Source of the DNA: an uncultured Bacteroides sp.
GTDB lineage: Bacteria > Bacillota > Clostridia > Oscillospirales > Acutalibacteraceae
Length of the DNA stretch: 59,735 bases
Reading direction: 5' to 3'
NCBI GenBank assembly: GCA_964465835.1
Contig: CAYXLH010000002.1
Span: forward strand, 1 to 59,735
Shown: piece after piece, positions 32,574-41,664 of the stretch
Numbering within the stretch: the first letter of the stretch is position 1
How the letters are laid out: each line of letters begins with the position of its first letter
Made by a program: the position numbers and the translations under genes
The notes under the pieces: generated by a model
Seen by the model: only the letters and a program-made list of their open reading frames with translations
Databases searched by the model: none
Told to the model about the DNA's origin: nothing

Positions 32574-33383
32574 TCAGTCATCTTCATCGCTATTGCAAGG
32601 CTTACAGGGATGACCGTCTTTATCAACCGGGAAAAATTCATCTACAGGAAAATCAATATTTTGGAAAGTTTCGCAGGGGCTTGTTGTGTTGCAGCAGCAC
32701 TCTCTGTCCGGCATACAGTAATCGTAAGCAGGAACAAGCATCTGTACATCACGTTCCATCTGGACTATTGAGAAAAGTCCGAGAGTTACAAGCACTGCTT
32801 TTGAGCACCCAGCAGGTATCGCAGTATCTTCGCAGTTTTTCAAAATTGACTGTGGGAATGATGTTACACATGGAATATGGCAGTCGCAGCAATCAATAAC
32901 ATCCGTGCTGAGAATAACCGGATCAACCGCCTGCACCTTTGCTACCGGATTGGAATACTGGGGTGCTTCGGGACAGTCAAGATGTTCAGATACAGGGTTT
33001 GATGTAAAAATTTTTACATCTCCGTCTGAACCGTAGAGTATGCATTTTTTTTCAAAATGAGCATAGCCCTCTGCCACTTTTGGCATTGTACAGGGTGCAG
33101 AATAAGTATCAAATCTCAGTTTGAAATAGAAATTAATGGTTACACTGTAAAAGCCTCTGTTAAAAGGCACTTCTTCTACATCAATTCCCACTGCTTTTAT
33201 GGTGCAGTCTCTGCATTTTACAGTAACGGCTTCGTCAATAAGGCGCTGTGAGAGTCCGAAAAATGTCACCCTTAAATCCTCAAGACAGTCTTTGCTGACA
33301 CATGAATCAAAAATCCGTTTAGTATCTATGCAAACCGCCTCTTTTATACGTCTTTCACAGTTTTCTGCTGTGTTTTCAGGCAT
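32574..33383 (-). CDS. Cys-rich conserved hypothetical protein, probable spore coat/exosporium component
   Basis: 269 aa with 22 Cys; EAVCIDTKRIFDSC and LGLFSIV motifs; RBS AAGGAG; sigma-E/K-like promoter upstream. Confidence 0.55.
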   Translation of the reverse strand: MPENTAENCERRIKEAVCIDTKRIFDSCVSKDCLEDLRVTFFGLSQRLIDEAVTVKCRDCTIKAVGIDVEEVPFNRGFYSVTINFYFKLRFDTYSAPCTMPKVAEGYAHFEKKCILYGSDGDVKIFTSNPVSEHLDCPEAPQYSNPVAKVQAVDPVILSTDVIDCCDCHIPCVTSFPQSILKNCEDTAIPAGCSKAVLVTLGLFSIVQMERDVQMLVPAYDYCMPDRECCCNTTSPCETFQNIDFPVDEFFPVDKDGHPCKPCNSDEDD

Positions 33384-33425
33384 AATAAAAAACTCCTTTA
33401 TAAGTATTGAAGTACACTTCGTTAT

Positions 33426-33452
33426 ATACTATGAAGGAGTTTTATTTTTGAC
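33426..33452 (-). promoter_or_regulatory. Putative mother-cell sigma-E/K-type promoter
   Basis: Minus strand GTCAAA-13 nt-CATAGTAT resembles the sigma-E consensus. Confidence 0.4.
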
Positions 33453-33514
33453 AACACAAATTAATTTTCGGACAAATTGTGAATTGACACTACGATATAT
33501 TTGACGTATTGATA

Positions 33515-35797
33515 TTATAATTTTTCAAGACGGGCAAAGTTCGCCATCATCTTTTTTGTACCGGCTTTATCAAAAGCAACCTCCAAAAGAGTATCATTGC
33601 CCATAGGCTGCATTGACAAAATTACGCCTGTACCGAAAGACTTATGGCGCACGGTATCACCTACTGAATAAGCTATATTAACACTTTGCTTTGTATTGCC
33701 TGCCTGACCGAAGCTATGTGCAGAATTACTGCTTTTTGTTGCATCGCCGATTTTTGTTGATTTACTGTAAGGACTTGCCTTTTTAGGCGTGCCGAAATGT
33801 GACAGCGGATCGTATGAGGAGCTGCCGAAACTGCCTGACGAATACAAACTTACAGTTCTGTCTTCGGTGACAGAAACAGGAATTTCCCTTAAAAACCTTG
33901 ATGGCATATTACGAGAGGTGGTGCCGTAAAGCATACGTCTGCGTGCGTTCACAAGATAAAGTTTTTCCTTAGCACGGGTTATTCCCACATAGGCAAGACG
34001 GCGTTCTTCCTCCAAATCCTCATCGCTGTACATACTCTGATTACCGGGGAAGATGCCCTCCTCCATACCGGGAATAAACACCACGGGAAATTCCAGGCCT
34101 TTAGCAGAATGAAGGGTCATAAGCACAACGCAATCGTCATTTTCGTTATAAGAATCAATGTCGGACACAAGAGCAACATCCTCAAGAAATACAGACAAAT
34201 CGAAGTTCTCGTCTTCCTCCTGATATTTCAAAAACATTGATGAAAGCTCGCTGACATTGTTTTTTCTGTCCTCTGCTTTCTGCGGTTCCTCCTCTTCAAG
34301 ATATTCAAAATATTTTGTAGTATCAAGAATTTCCTGAAGCAAATCGTTAACGCTCATACCCTCCTCAATGCAAAGCCTGAAATTCTCTATCATTTGGCAA
34401 AATTCTTTCAGCTTTTTTGCACTGCGGGCTGTCTTTTGAAATTCGTCTGCGTGCTTACACACGTCAAAAGCGGTCATTTTATTTGCCGCCGCAATTTCAA
34501 GGATATAATTTATCATTGTATCGCCGATTCCACGCTTGGGAACATTTATAATACGTTGGAGTCTTACATTGTCAGCGGTATTATTAATCACAGCAAAATA
34601 AGAAATTATGTCCTTAATTTCCTTGCGGTCAAAAAATCTGTTGCCGCCAATAATCTTGTAAGATATGCCTGATTTTGCCATCATAATCTCTATATTACGT
34701 GACTGGGCATTCATTCTGTAAAGCACGGCATGGTCCTTATAGCTTCTGCCGTTTTTAACATTTTCAGTTATTTCATCAATTATAAACTGTGCCTCGTCCA
34801 TTTCATTGTCAGCGGTATAAAGCACAACCTTATCGCCGTCCCTGCCTGAATATGAACGAAGTTTTTTATCCGCAAGACGTGTTTTATTATTTGCGATTAC
34901 CGCATTGGCAGCATTGAGGATATTCTGCATAGAACGATAGTTTTCAGCAAGTTCAAGCTGAATAACCTTTAATCCCTCGTCCTCATAACGCTCTTTAAAT
35001 CTTAAAATATTCTCTATAGTAGCACCGCGGAAACGGTAAATGCTCTGGTCATCATCTCCTACAACACAGATATTATGCCATTTTCCTGACAGCAAATATG
35101 TAAGAACATACTGAGCATAGCTGGTGTCCTGATACTCGTCAACAATAACGTATTTAAACTGGTTTTGATACAGTTCAAGCACATCCTCATTTTCTTTAAG
35201 CAGGCGCACAGTGTTAAAAATCATATCGTCAAAATCCATTGCATCACTGCGCAGGAGCTCCTGTTGATACATTTCATAACACTGGGCAATTTTTGCTTTT
35301 CTGAAATCATTTGCAGTAGTTGCCTTGTACTCTTTAGCACCGATTAAGCTATCCTTGGCGTGACTGATTTCTGCAAGGATAGACCTGTGATTGAGAAATT
35401 TATCTTCAATACCAAGCGACTTCTGACACCTTTTCATAACCCTTTTCTGGTCATCGGTATCATAGATTGTAAAATGCTCGGAATATCCCAGTCTGTCGGC
35501 AAAGCGGCGCAGAATACGTGCACACATTGAATGAAACGTATATGCCCATATATCGCTTGCTTCATCGCCGATAGTATCTGCCAGTCTTTCTTTAAGCTCA
35601 CCTGCCGCCTTATTGGTAAAGGTTATAGCAAGTACCTGCCATGGCCTTGCATACAAATCGTTGATTATATGCTCAATTCTTTTAACTATTGTGGCGGTTT
35701 TGCCTGTTCCTGCGCCGGCTACAACCAACACAGGTCCGTCAAGAGTATCAATAACTCTTTGTTGTTCTTTATTTGGTTTAACAGCATCTTTATTCAT
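33515..35797 (-). CDS. pcrA: ATP-dependent DNA helicase PcrA/UvrD
   Basis: AGAGTGKT, ITFTNKAA, VDEYQDT, VGDDDQSIY.FRGA, MTLHSAKGLEFP, EERRLAYVGITRA, C-terminal Tudor-like domain. Confidence 0.95.
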   Translation of the reverse strand: MNKDAVKPNKEQQRVIDTLDGPVLVVAGAGTGKTATIVKRIEHIINDLYARPWQVLAITFTNKAAGELKERLADTIGDEASDIWAYTFHSMCARILRRFADRLGYSEHFTIYDTDDQKRVMKRCQKSLGIEDKFLNHRSILAEISHAKDSLIGAKEYKATTANDFRKAKIAQCYEMYQQELLRSDAMDFDDMIFNTVRLLKENEDVLELYQNQFKYVIVDEYQDTSYAQYVLTYLLSGKWHNICVVGDDDQSIYRFRGATIENILRFKERYEDEGLKVIQLELAENYRSMQNILNAANAVIANNKTRLADKKLRSYSGRDGDKVVLYTADNEMDEAQFIIDEITENVKNGRSYKDHAVLYRMNAQSRNIEIMMAKSGISYKIIGGNRFFDRKEIKDIISYFAVINNTADNVRLQRIINVPKRGIGDTMINYILEIAAANKMTAFDVCKHADEFQKTARSAKKLKEFCQMIENFRLCIEEGMSVNDLLQEILDTTKYFEYLEEEEPQKAEDRKNNVSELSSMFLKYQEEDENFDLSVFLEDVALVSDIDSYNENDDCVVLMTLHSAKGLEFPVVFIPGMEEGIFPGNQSMYSDEDLEEERRLAYVGITRAKEKLYLVNARRRMLYGTTSRNMPSRFLREIPVSVTEDRTVSLYSSGSFGSSSYDPLSHFGTPKKASPYSKSTKIGDATKSSNSAHSFGQAGNTKQSVNIAYSVGDTVRHKSFGTGVILSMQPMGNDTLLEVAFDKAGTKKMMANFARLEKL

Positions 35798-35825
35798 AAC
35801 AAAAAATAATTTCCTTTATACATAC

Positions 35826-35886
35826 AAAAGGACGGTTTTATTAGCTGAGATGCGGTAATGAAACTCAGCTTTAGACCGCCCTTTTT
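35826..35886 (-). terminator. Terminator after the decarboxylase beta gene, with a 28-bp mini-element in its loop
   Basis: Minus strand AAAAGGGCGGT...ACCGTCCTTTT stem followed by a T-tract. Confidence 0.7.
35843..35870. repeat. Internally deleted relative of the 13176-13449 element
   Basis: AGCTGAGATGCGGTAATGAA-A-CTCAGCT: 19/20 identical to each terminal repeat of the large element; TT on both flanks. Confidence 0.8.
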
Positions 35887-35897
35887 ACTTATTTTAA

Positions 35898-37109
35898 TTA
35901 CTTCAGCAGTGTAAGAAGTACACCGGCTGCAACTGCCGAGCCAATAACGCCCGAAACATTTGGACCCATAGCGTGCATAAGCAGGAAGTTTGACGGATTT
36001 TCCTTTTGTCCTACCTTTTGGCTTACACGAGCTGCCATAGGAACTGCTGATACACCGGCAGAACCGATAAGCGGATTAACCTTACCCTTGGTAAAGATAT
36101 ACATAAGCTTACCGAACAGAACACCGCAGGCAGTGCCGAGAACGAATGCCACAAGACCGAGAGCAACAATACCGAGAGTCTGTATATTAAGGAAAGATTC
36201 AGCAGATGTAGTTGCACCTACGGAAACACCCAAAAGAATTGTAACAATATTCATCAATTCATTCTGAGCAGCTTTAGCGATACGCTCCGTTCTTCCGCTT
36301 TCTTTAAGCAGATTACCAAGCATAAGCATACCTACAAGTGACGCTGCATCAGGAAGAAGCAGTGAAACAATAACTGTTACCATAATTGGGAAAAGTATTT
36401 TTTCAAGTTTTGATACAGGACGCAAACTATCCATTACAACGCTGCGCTCTTTCTTAGTGGTAAGAAGACGCATAACAGGCGGCTGAATAACAGGAACGAG
36501 CGCCATATACGAGTATGCCGCCACGGCGATAGTACCCAATAGTTCAGGCGCTAATTTGGACGTGACGAATATAGCCGTAGGTCCGTCAGCACCGCCGATA
36601 ATGGATATTGAACCTGCCTCATTAGGTGCAAATCCAAGAAGAATAGCACCGATATATGTGAAGAAAATACCGAACTGCGCCGCCGCACCCAAAATAAATG
36701 ATTTTGGATTGGCAATAAGCGAACTAAAATCGGTCATTGCACCAATGCCAAGGAAAATAAGCGGCGGATAAATGCCAGCCTTAACGCCGAAATACAGGAA
36801 GTCCATAAGTCCAGGCGTACAGCCTGCATATTCTCCTCTGCCTTTAAGCAGGTCGAAGAATCCTGCCAAATCGTGATACTGAACCGCAAGGTTAGCTCCC
36901 GGCAGATTTGCCAAAAGCATTCCAAACGCAATAGGAATCATAAGCAAAGGCTCGAAGCCTTTTTTAATTCCAAGCCACAGGAAGAAAAACGCAACGCCGA
37001 GCATTACAAGATTTTTCCATCCGTCCGGGTCTGTAAAGAAATAGGCGTAACCGCTGTTGGCAAATATACTGGAGATAGCCTGCCATACGCCCTGTAATAT
37101 TTCTGCCAT
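35898..37109 (-). CDS. oadB: Na+-translocating decarboxylase subunit beta
   Basis: [49 protein letters not shown]. Confidence 0.93.
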   Translation of the reverse strand: MAEILQGVWQAISSIFANSGYAYFFTDPDGWKNLVMLGVAFFFLWLGIKKGFEPLLMIPIAFGMLLANLPGANLAVQYHDLAGFFDLLKGRGEYAGCTPGLMDFLYFGVKAGIYPPLIFLGIGAMTDFSSLIANPKSFILGAAAQFGIFFTYIGAILLGFAPNEAGSISIIGGADGPTAIFVTSKLAPELLGTIAVAAYSYMALVPVIQPPVMRLLTTKKERSVVMDSLRPVSKLEKILFPIMVTVIVSLLLPDAASLVGMLMLGNLLKESGRTERIAKAAQNELMNIVTILLGVSVGATTSAESFLNIQTLGIVALGLVAFVLGTACGVLFGKLMYIFTKGKVNPLIGSAGVSAVPMAARVSQKVGQKENPSNFLLMHAMGPNVSGVIGSAVAAGVLLTLLK

Positions 37110-37122
37110 TTATAAAGTCCTC

Positions 37123-37593
37123 CTAAAAAGGTCTGATATTTTCCGTTACCGCAGCCTGTGCCCATGGATTTCTTACGGTAATCGGATTATTTCTCATTGC
37201 AGGAACGGTAGTAGCCGCAGATGCAACAGTTGTTATGGAAGTAACGCTTGCTCCTTCGCCCTCCAAAGCATATACAGCGGCGCTGATAGCCGCAACAATC
37301 TCACCGCTTATGCCGTTTTGCACTGCCGGTGCACAAACAGCAGCAGGTGCAGGAGAGGAAGCAGCATCTGAAGACTGTGCAGCGTCAGCCTCCATTTGTT
37401 TTTCAAGTTTTTTTGCTTTTCTCTTTTTTGCAGCAACCTCGGATTTAGATACTCCGGCGCCGAACAATTGGAATACTATAATAAGGATAACAAGTATCAA
37501 TACTACTATTCCAATTCCCGAAATTACAACGGTAGATGTAAACTCAACACCTGTGTCGGGAGTTATGCTTGTTGCCATAAGAATCGGATTCAT
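37123..37593 (-). CDS. OadG-family decarboxylase gamma/delta subunit
   Basis: Single TM (GIGIVVLIL), Ala/Pro linker, GISGEIVAAISAAV, C-terminal W..AA; directly upstream of oadB. Confidence 0.85.
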   Translation of the reverse strand: MNPILMATSITPDTGVEFTSTVVISGIGIVVLILVILIIVFQLFGAGVSKSEVAAKKRKAKKLEKQMEADAAQSSDAASSPAPAAVCAPAVQNGISGEIVAAISAAVYALEGEGASVTSITTVASAATTVPAMRNNPITVRNPWAQAAVTENIRPF

Positions 37594-37628
37594 AACCAAA
37601 TTCCCCCATTATCAAATCATTACTTGCT

Positions 37629-37657
37629 ATTATAATGCAATATCTGCAATTTTTCAA
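37629..37657 (-). promoter_or_regulatory. Putative sigma-A promoter of the oadG-oadB operon
   Basis: TTGAAA-17 nt-TATAAT on the minus strand. Confidence 0.6.
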
Positions 37658-37714
37658 CTAAAATTGTATATTTTTTTATTTCCGTCAAGTTGAATAAAAA
37701 ATAACAGTTAACTA

Positions 37715-37742
37715 TTGATTTATTTTAAAAATTGTATATAAT
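37715..37742 (+). promoter_or_regulatory. Putative sigma-A promoter of the small membrane protein gene
   Basis: TTGATT-16 nt-TATAAT. Confidence 0.45.
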
Positions 37743-37797
37743 AAATATTGTGAGTAATTATATTATTATTATGTAACCGATTGGGGGAATTATCAAA

Positions 37798-37932
37798 ATG
37801 AGCAAAGAGGCTATGATTATCGCAATACTTGTTGCACTGCTTATTCTTTGGATTACTGAAACCTTGGGTATGCACAAAACCTCCAAAATTCTCGGAGGAG
37901 TTATTGATTTGGGATTTGCCCTTATACGTTAG
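37798..37932 (+). CDS. Small hydrophobic protein, 44 aa (not in ORF track)
   Basis: MSKEAMIIAILVALLILWITETLGMHKTSKILGGVIDLGFALIR. GGGGGA RBS, own promoter and downstream terminator. Confidence 0.65.
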   Translation: MSKEAMIIAILVALLILWITETLGMHKTSKILGGVIDLGFALIR

Positions 37933-37964
37933 TAAAAGTTAAATAAAATTTTAATAAAAACAGC

Positions 37965-38010
37965 AAAAAACACCGAAGTATGAACAAATTCATTCTCGGT
38001 GTTTTATTTT
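37965..38010. terminator. Bidirectional terminator
   Basis: AAAACACCGA...TCGGTGTTTT with an inner ATGAA/TTCAT stem, between convergent genes. Confidence 0.7.
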
Positions 38011-40648
38011 ATTGCTGAGCAGGATTTAAGGTAATTACTGAAATGTCGGGCGCCGAGGTATCGGCGTTATTGAATTTGTTTGAACCGTCATTTGACAAAA
38101 CGATTTTATTTTCACCTTTTTTCAGATTTACTGTAAATGTAACAGTTTTGTAAGTATCCCACGAATAAGTATTGCGGCAGTAAACATTCTGCTTTTTGCC
38201 GTTAACATCAACAGTCATATAACGTTCAATTAAATCAACATTATAATCGTGCGCTCCGCCCTCGTCGTTATTTGAATAAAGAACTGTCGCCTTGTAGGCA
38301 CCGGCTTTTGAGGCTTTAAACTTATATACCGCTTTGCCGGATTTGCTGTTTATTGACGAAAGGTATTCAAGATTTTGAACTTTACCGTTAACAAGTGCCG
38401 TTGAATTTTTTTCAAGCTTTGCACCACCGGACAGTTTCGCCTGCTTAGGTACAAGAGTTATAAACGATGCATTATTATCATCAAATTCAGATATGGTAAG
38501 TCCGGCTTCCTGATTTGTTTCCACGTCAATATAATTAATGCCTCGTTTAAGATAAACCGTTGCGGCACCTATTTCATTGGTGGTTATTTCTGCCGAACCC
38601 ACAGTCATTTTTACAATATTTAAAGGTGTTGTAACGCTGTAATAGCTGTCTTTAGGTGCAATGGCAATAAATGATTTATTTGCAGCAGTAGTTCTGTCTG
38701 CATCAGGAAGAACTGTGATATTTTCCGGTGAATCGCTTTGCTGATGAAGGGTAGCTATAAGTGAATCAAGTACAATTGTACCTGTGTTATGAGTAATTTT
38801 AATTGTATGCTCCCCTGCTTTTAATTTAATGCTCATGCTTTGGCAGGCAGTATATTCGCTTTTGATAGTATTGGCAAAACTCATCTGCTGTTCGTCGCCG
38901 TCTATAGTCAGATTTGATACAGAGGTTTTTCTGTCATCGGGATTTTGTCTGCCGTTTTCATCGGCTTTGCCGTCATTGGAGTTTCCATAAATGAAGTCCA
39001 AATCATAAATTCCGCTTTCGGATAAATTTACTGTAATCTGCACGCCGTCGCCGTCTTTTTCCATACCACCCACAAGATTTTCATTTTTCCCGGAGGCAGG
39101 ACAATAGCTTTCATATGTGTAAGCACCGCCTAAAATTTCGCCGTCCTCAAATTCATATCTTTCTGGCAAAGATGTATTTTCATACGCCGAAACTGCCGCT
39201 TCGTCAGCCGCTTTAATCACGATATGATAGGCATTTGCACTATCCAGATTACTCATATCAATTACAAGATCTTCACCTGTAACATCAGCGGTATATTTTT
39301 TTATTTCAACAGGACTGTTTACAACACCGTAAAGTCCTTTATAAACCGTCTGTTCAATATTTATTTCAACGGTTTTTCCGTTAAGCTTTGTTTTGCATAA
39401 ATTTTTAAGGACAACCTTGGCGTCACTGTCACCGCCGCCGCAGATAATATTAATTTCGTCCTCCGCATCGGTAATTGAGGCTATACCCATAAATCCCTTA
39501 TAATTGAGATTTTTATGCTGCTGAACTGACTTTTTAAAATCAGATTTCATTAGATCATGATATTCACCCTTAACAGTCTGCCCCTGCATATCCGCATACC
39601 AGCGCATAAGCCACCAGTTTGCATTTGGGCAATTGTCGTCGGCACAGACATCGTTAAGATTATCTGCAAGCCGCCAATAAGCGTTATTGCCGTAAACCTT
39701 TGACGTTTCTATCTGGGTGATATATTTAATCATTTCACCCGGATATCCGTTATCCTGCATACGGCCATACTCGGTAACAATAATCGGAAGTTTGCTTATT
39801 TTAAGCGATTTTTCAAGTTTTCTGTAATCATTAACATGGTCTTGCCAATAATACACTGCTCCGTCGCCCAGTTCATGATAAATCATAACATCGGGAATGC
39901 AGTTGTTTTTCACACAAAAATTAATGAAATAACTGATTTCATCACTGTCATAGTCGCAAAATCCCGGACCGCCTATCAAAGCGTTTGGATTAATTGACTT
40001 TACAAGCTCGTAAGTCTGCTTCCAAGCTGAGTTAAAATTATCCCTGCCCTTTTTATTATAATCGCCGTAAACGCCGTATTTGTTATCTTTGTCATAAGTT
40101 TTCTTTGTTTCACCGAACCACACGCCGTTATCGCACTCATTATAAATACAGTAAACCACTTTATCTGAATATTTGGTTTTGGAAAGTTTCTTTACAGACT
40201 GCTCAACCTTAGGCAGATAATCCTCTTTAAGCAATTTCTGCCAGTCGTAAGAGCCTTTTTGGCGTTGTTTCATAATTTCATCATTTTTGTAATACCAGGT
40301 GTCGTAAACATCCTGAAGATATACCACGTTATAATCGGTATTATCAAGGGATGTATATACGTCGCCGATATCGCCGATGGGGTGTTGAAGGCCGTCCGTC
40401 ACCTTTTGAGAAACAGATGATATATCCACACTTTCGCACATTTCACGACTTGGAACGCCGTCCTGTGCAATTCCGTACAGATAACCCGACGCACCGGAGG
40501 TAACCTGACCTGTTTTCTGTGAAAAATCAAGAATAAGCGCAGGCTTATAAACCGCAGCAAAAACGCCTGCGGCACCTGCCAGCGCAATAATCAGGCACAG
40601 CAAAATTATTAAAATTATTTTAAACGCTTTTTTTGCTCTTACCTTCAT
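38009..40648 (-). CDS. Membrane-anchored clan GH-A glycoside hydrolase (GH39-like) with two CBM35/CBM6-like modules
   Basis: N-terminal TM. GASGYLYG, YNECDN (acid/base), IGGPG, IYHEL, IVTEYG (nucleophile). YEFEDG and Y...V.YSN...L.LK.GEN.I carbohydrate-binding-module patterns. Confidence 0.7.
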   Translation of the reverse strand: MKVRAKKAFKIILIILLCLIIALAGAAGVFAAVYKPALILDFSQKTGQVTSGASGYLYGIAQDGVPSREMCESVDISSVSQKVTDGLQHPIGDIGDVYTSLDNTDYNVVYLQDVYDTWYYKNDEIMKQRQKGSYDWQKLLKEDYLPKVEQSVKKLSKTKYSDKVVYCIYNECDNGVWFGETKKTYDKDNKYGVYGDYNKKGRDNFNSAWKQTYELVKSINPNALIGGPGFCDYDSDEISYFINFCVKNNCIPDVMIYHELGDGAVYYWQDHVNDYRKLEKSLKISKLPIIVTEYGRMQDNGYPGEMIKYITQIETSKVYGNNAYWRLADNLNDVCADDNCPNANWWLMRWYADMQGQTVKGEYHDLMKSDFKKSVQQHKNLNYKGFMGIASITDAEDEINIICGGGDSDAKVVLKNLCKTKLNGKTVEINIEQTVYKGLYGVVNSPVEIKKYTADVTGEDLVIDMSNLDSANAYHIVIKAADEAAVSAYENTSLPERYEFEDGEILGGAYTYESYCPASGKNENLVGGMEKDGDGVQITVNLSESGIYDLDFIYGNSNDGKADENGRQNPDDRKTSVSNLTIDGDEQQMSFANTIKSEYTACQSMSIKLKAGEHTIKITHNTGTIVLDSLIATLHQQSDSPENITVLPDADRTTAANKSFIAIAPKDSYYSVTTPLNIVKMTVGSAEITTNEIGAATVYLKRGINYIDVETNQEAGLTISEFDDNNASFITLVPKQAKLSGGAKLEKNSTALVNGKVQNLEYLSSINSKSGKAVYKFKASKAGAYKATVLYSNNDEGGAHDYNVDLIERYMTVDVNGKKQNVYCRNTYSWDTYKTVTFTVNLKKGENKIVLSNDGSNKFNNADTSAPDISVITLNPAQQ

Positions 40649-40673
40649 AAAAATCTCCTTTTAGGACTTTATG

Positions 40674-41636
40674 TTAATCCTTTATAAAGCACAGTTTAAG
40701 ACTTTTAGGTTCAACCTTGAAGTTAACTTCGCTGTAGTCAAAATTCTCTCCGTCGCAGTTACCCAGAAGAGGAGAACCGTCCTCCATCCAGATGCGTCCG
40801 CTTTTTATGTAACCGTTATGGAAAAGTCCTTTTCCTGTTTCTTCGTTTGCGGTGCCTGCTGCATATTTTGGAATAAGCGAGATAACCTTAGAGAGTCTTG
40901 TCCCGTCAACAAGAGCAAAATCAAGAAGTCCGTCATCCAAAAGGGAATTAGGTGCCGGACAATAGCCTCCGCCGTAATAGCTTGCGTTACAAATTGCAAA
41001 CAGGGCGTAATCCTTATTGATTTCCTGCATCTGATACTCGCTGCCTGTTGCTTTATCATAACACGTAATATCATAGCTGATATTATAGTGAAGAGGCTTT
41101 GCCACTACGGGAAAAATGGCCAAATTATATGCCTGGTGACCTAAAGCCGGAATTTTTGCAGCAATTTTTCTGCCAATAGTTTCAACCAGTGTATCAAGAC
41201 CAAAAGACATAACATTTATACATTTTTCGCCGTTATAATCAATCAGGTCAATAGGTTTAACGTCATATTTTAATTTACCGTTATACAGACCAAATGCTTT
41301 TATTACATTTTCTACATTGATTTTTTTGGTGCCGTAGATTTTTTTCGCAAAATCATTACCGGTGCCCAAAGGGATTACCATCATAGGAGTATCTGTACCA
41401 GCAAGTCCATTAGCAATTTCGTGAACCGTGCCGTCACCGCCGCAGGACACTATTACGCATTCAGAGCCGAATTTTTCACTGTACTGGGCAGATATACGCT
41501 TTGCATCGCCGGGAGCATGAGTTTCTTCAATTATCATCTCATCTTCAATAAGGCGAAATGTAGATTTTATTCTTGAAAATATCTTTGCTTTGTTGTCATG
41601 TCCTGCAATAGGATTAACAATAAAAACATATTTCAT
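40674..41636 (-). CDS. Diacylglycerol/lipid kinase family protein (DgkB/YegS-like)
   Basis: IVNPIAG, GGDGTVHEIANG, PLGTGNDFA, N..YYGGG, DDGLLD, DGE. Confidence 0.9.
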   Translation of the reverse strand: MKYVFIVNPIAGHDNKAKIFSRIKSTFRLIEDEMIIEETHAPGDAKRISAQYSEKFGSECVIVSCGGDGTVHEIANGLAGTDTPMMVIPLGTGNDFAKKIYGTKKINVENVIKAFGLYNGKLKYDVKPIDLIDYNGEKCINVMSFGLDTLVETIGRKIAAKIPALGHQAYNLAIFPVVAKPLHYNISYDITCYDKATGSEYQMQEINKDYALFAICNASYYGGGYCPAPNSLLDDGLLDFALVDGTRLSKVISLIPKYAAGTANEETGKGLFHNGYIKSGRIWMEDGSPLLGNCDGENFDYSEVNFKVEPKSLKLCFIKD

Positions 41637-41664
41637 ACTATTCCCTCTCTTCATTAAAATCCTG

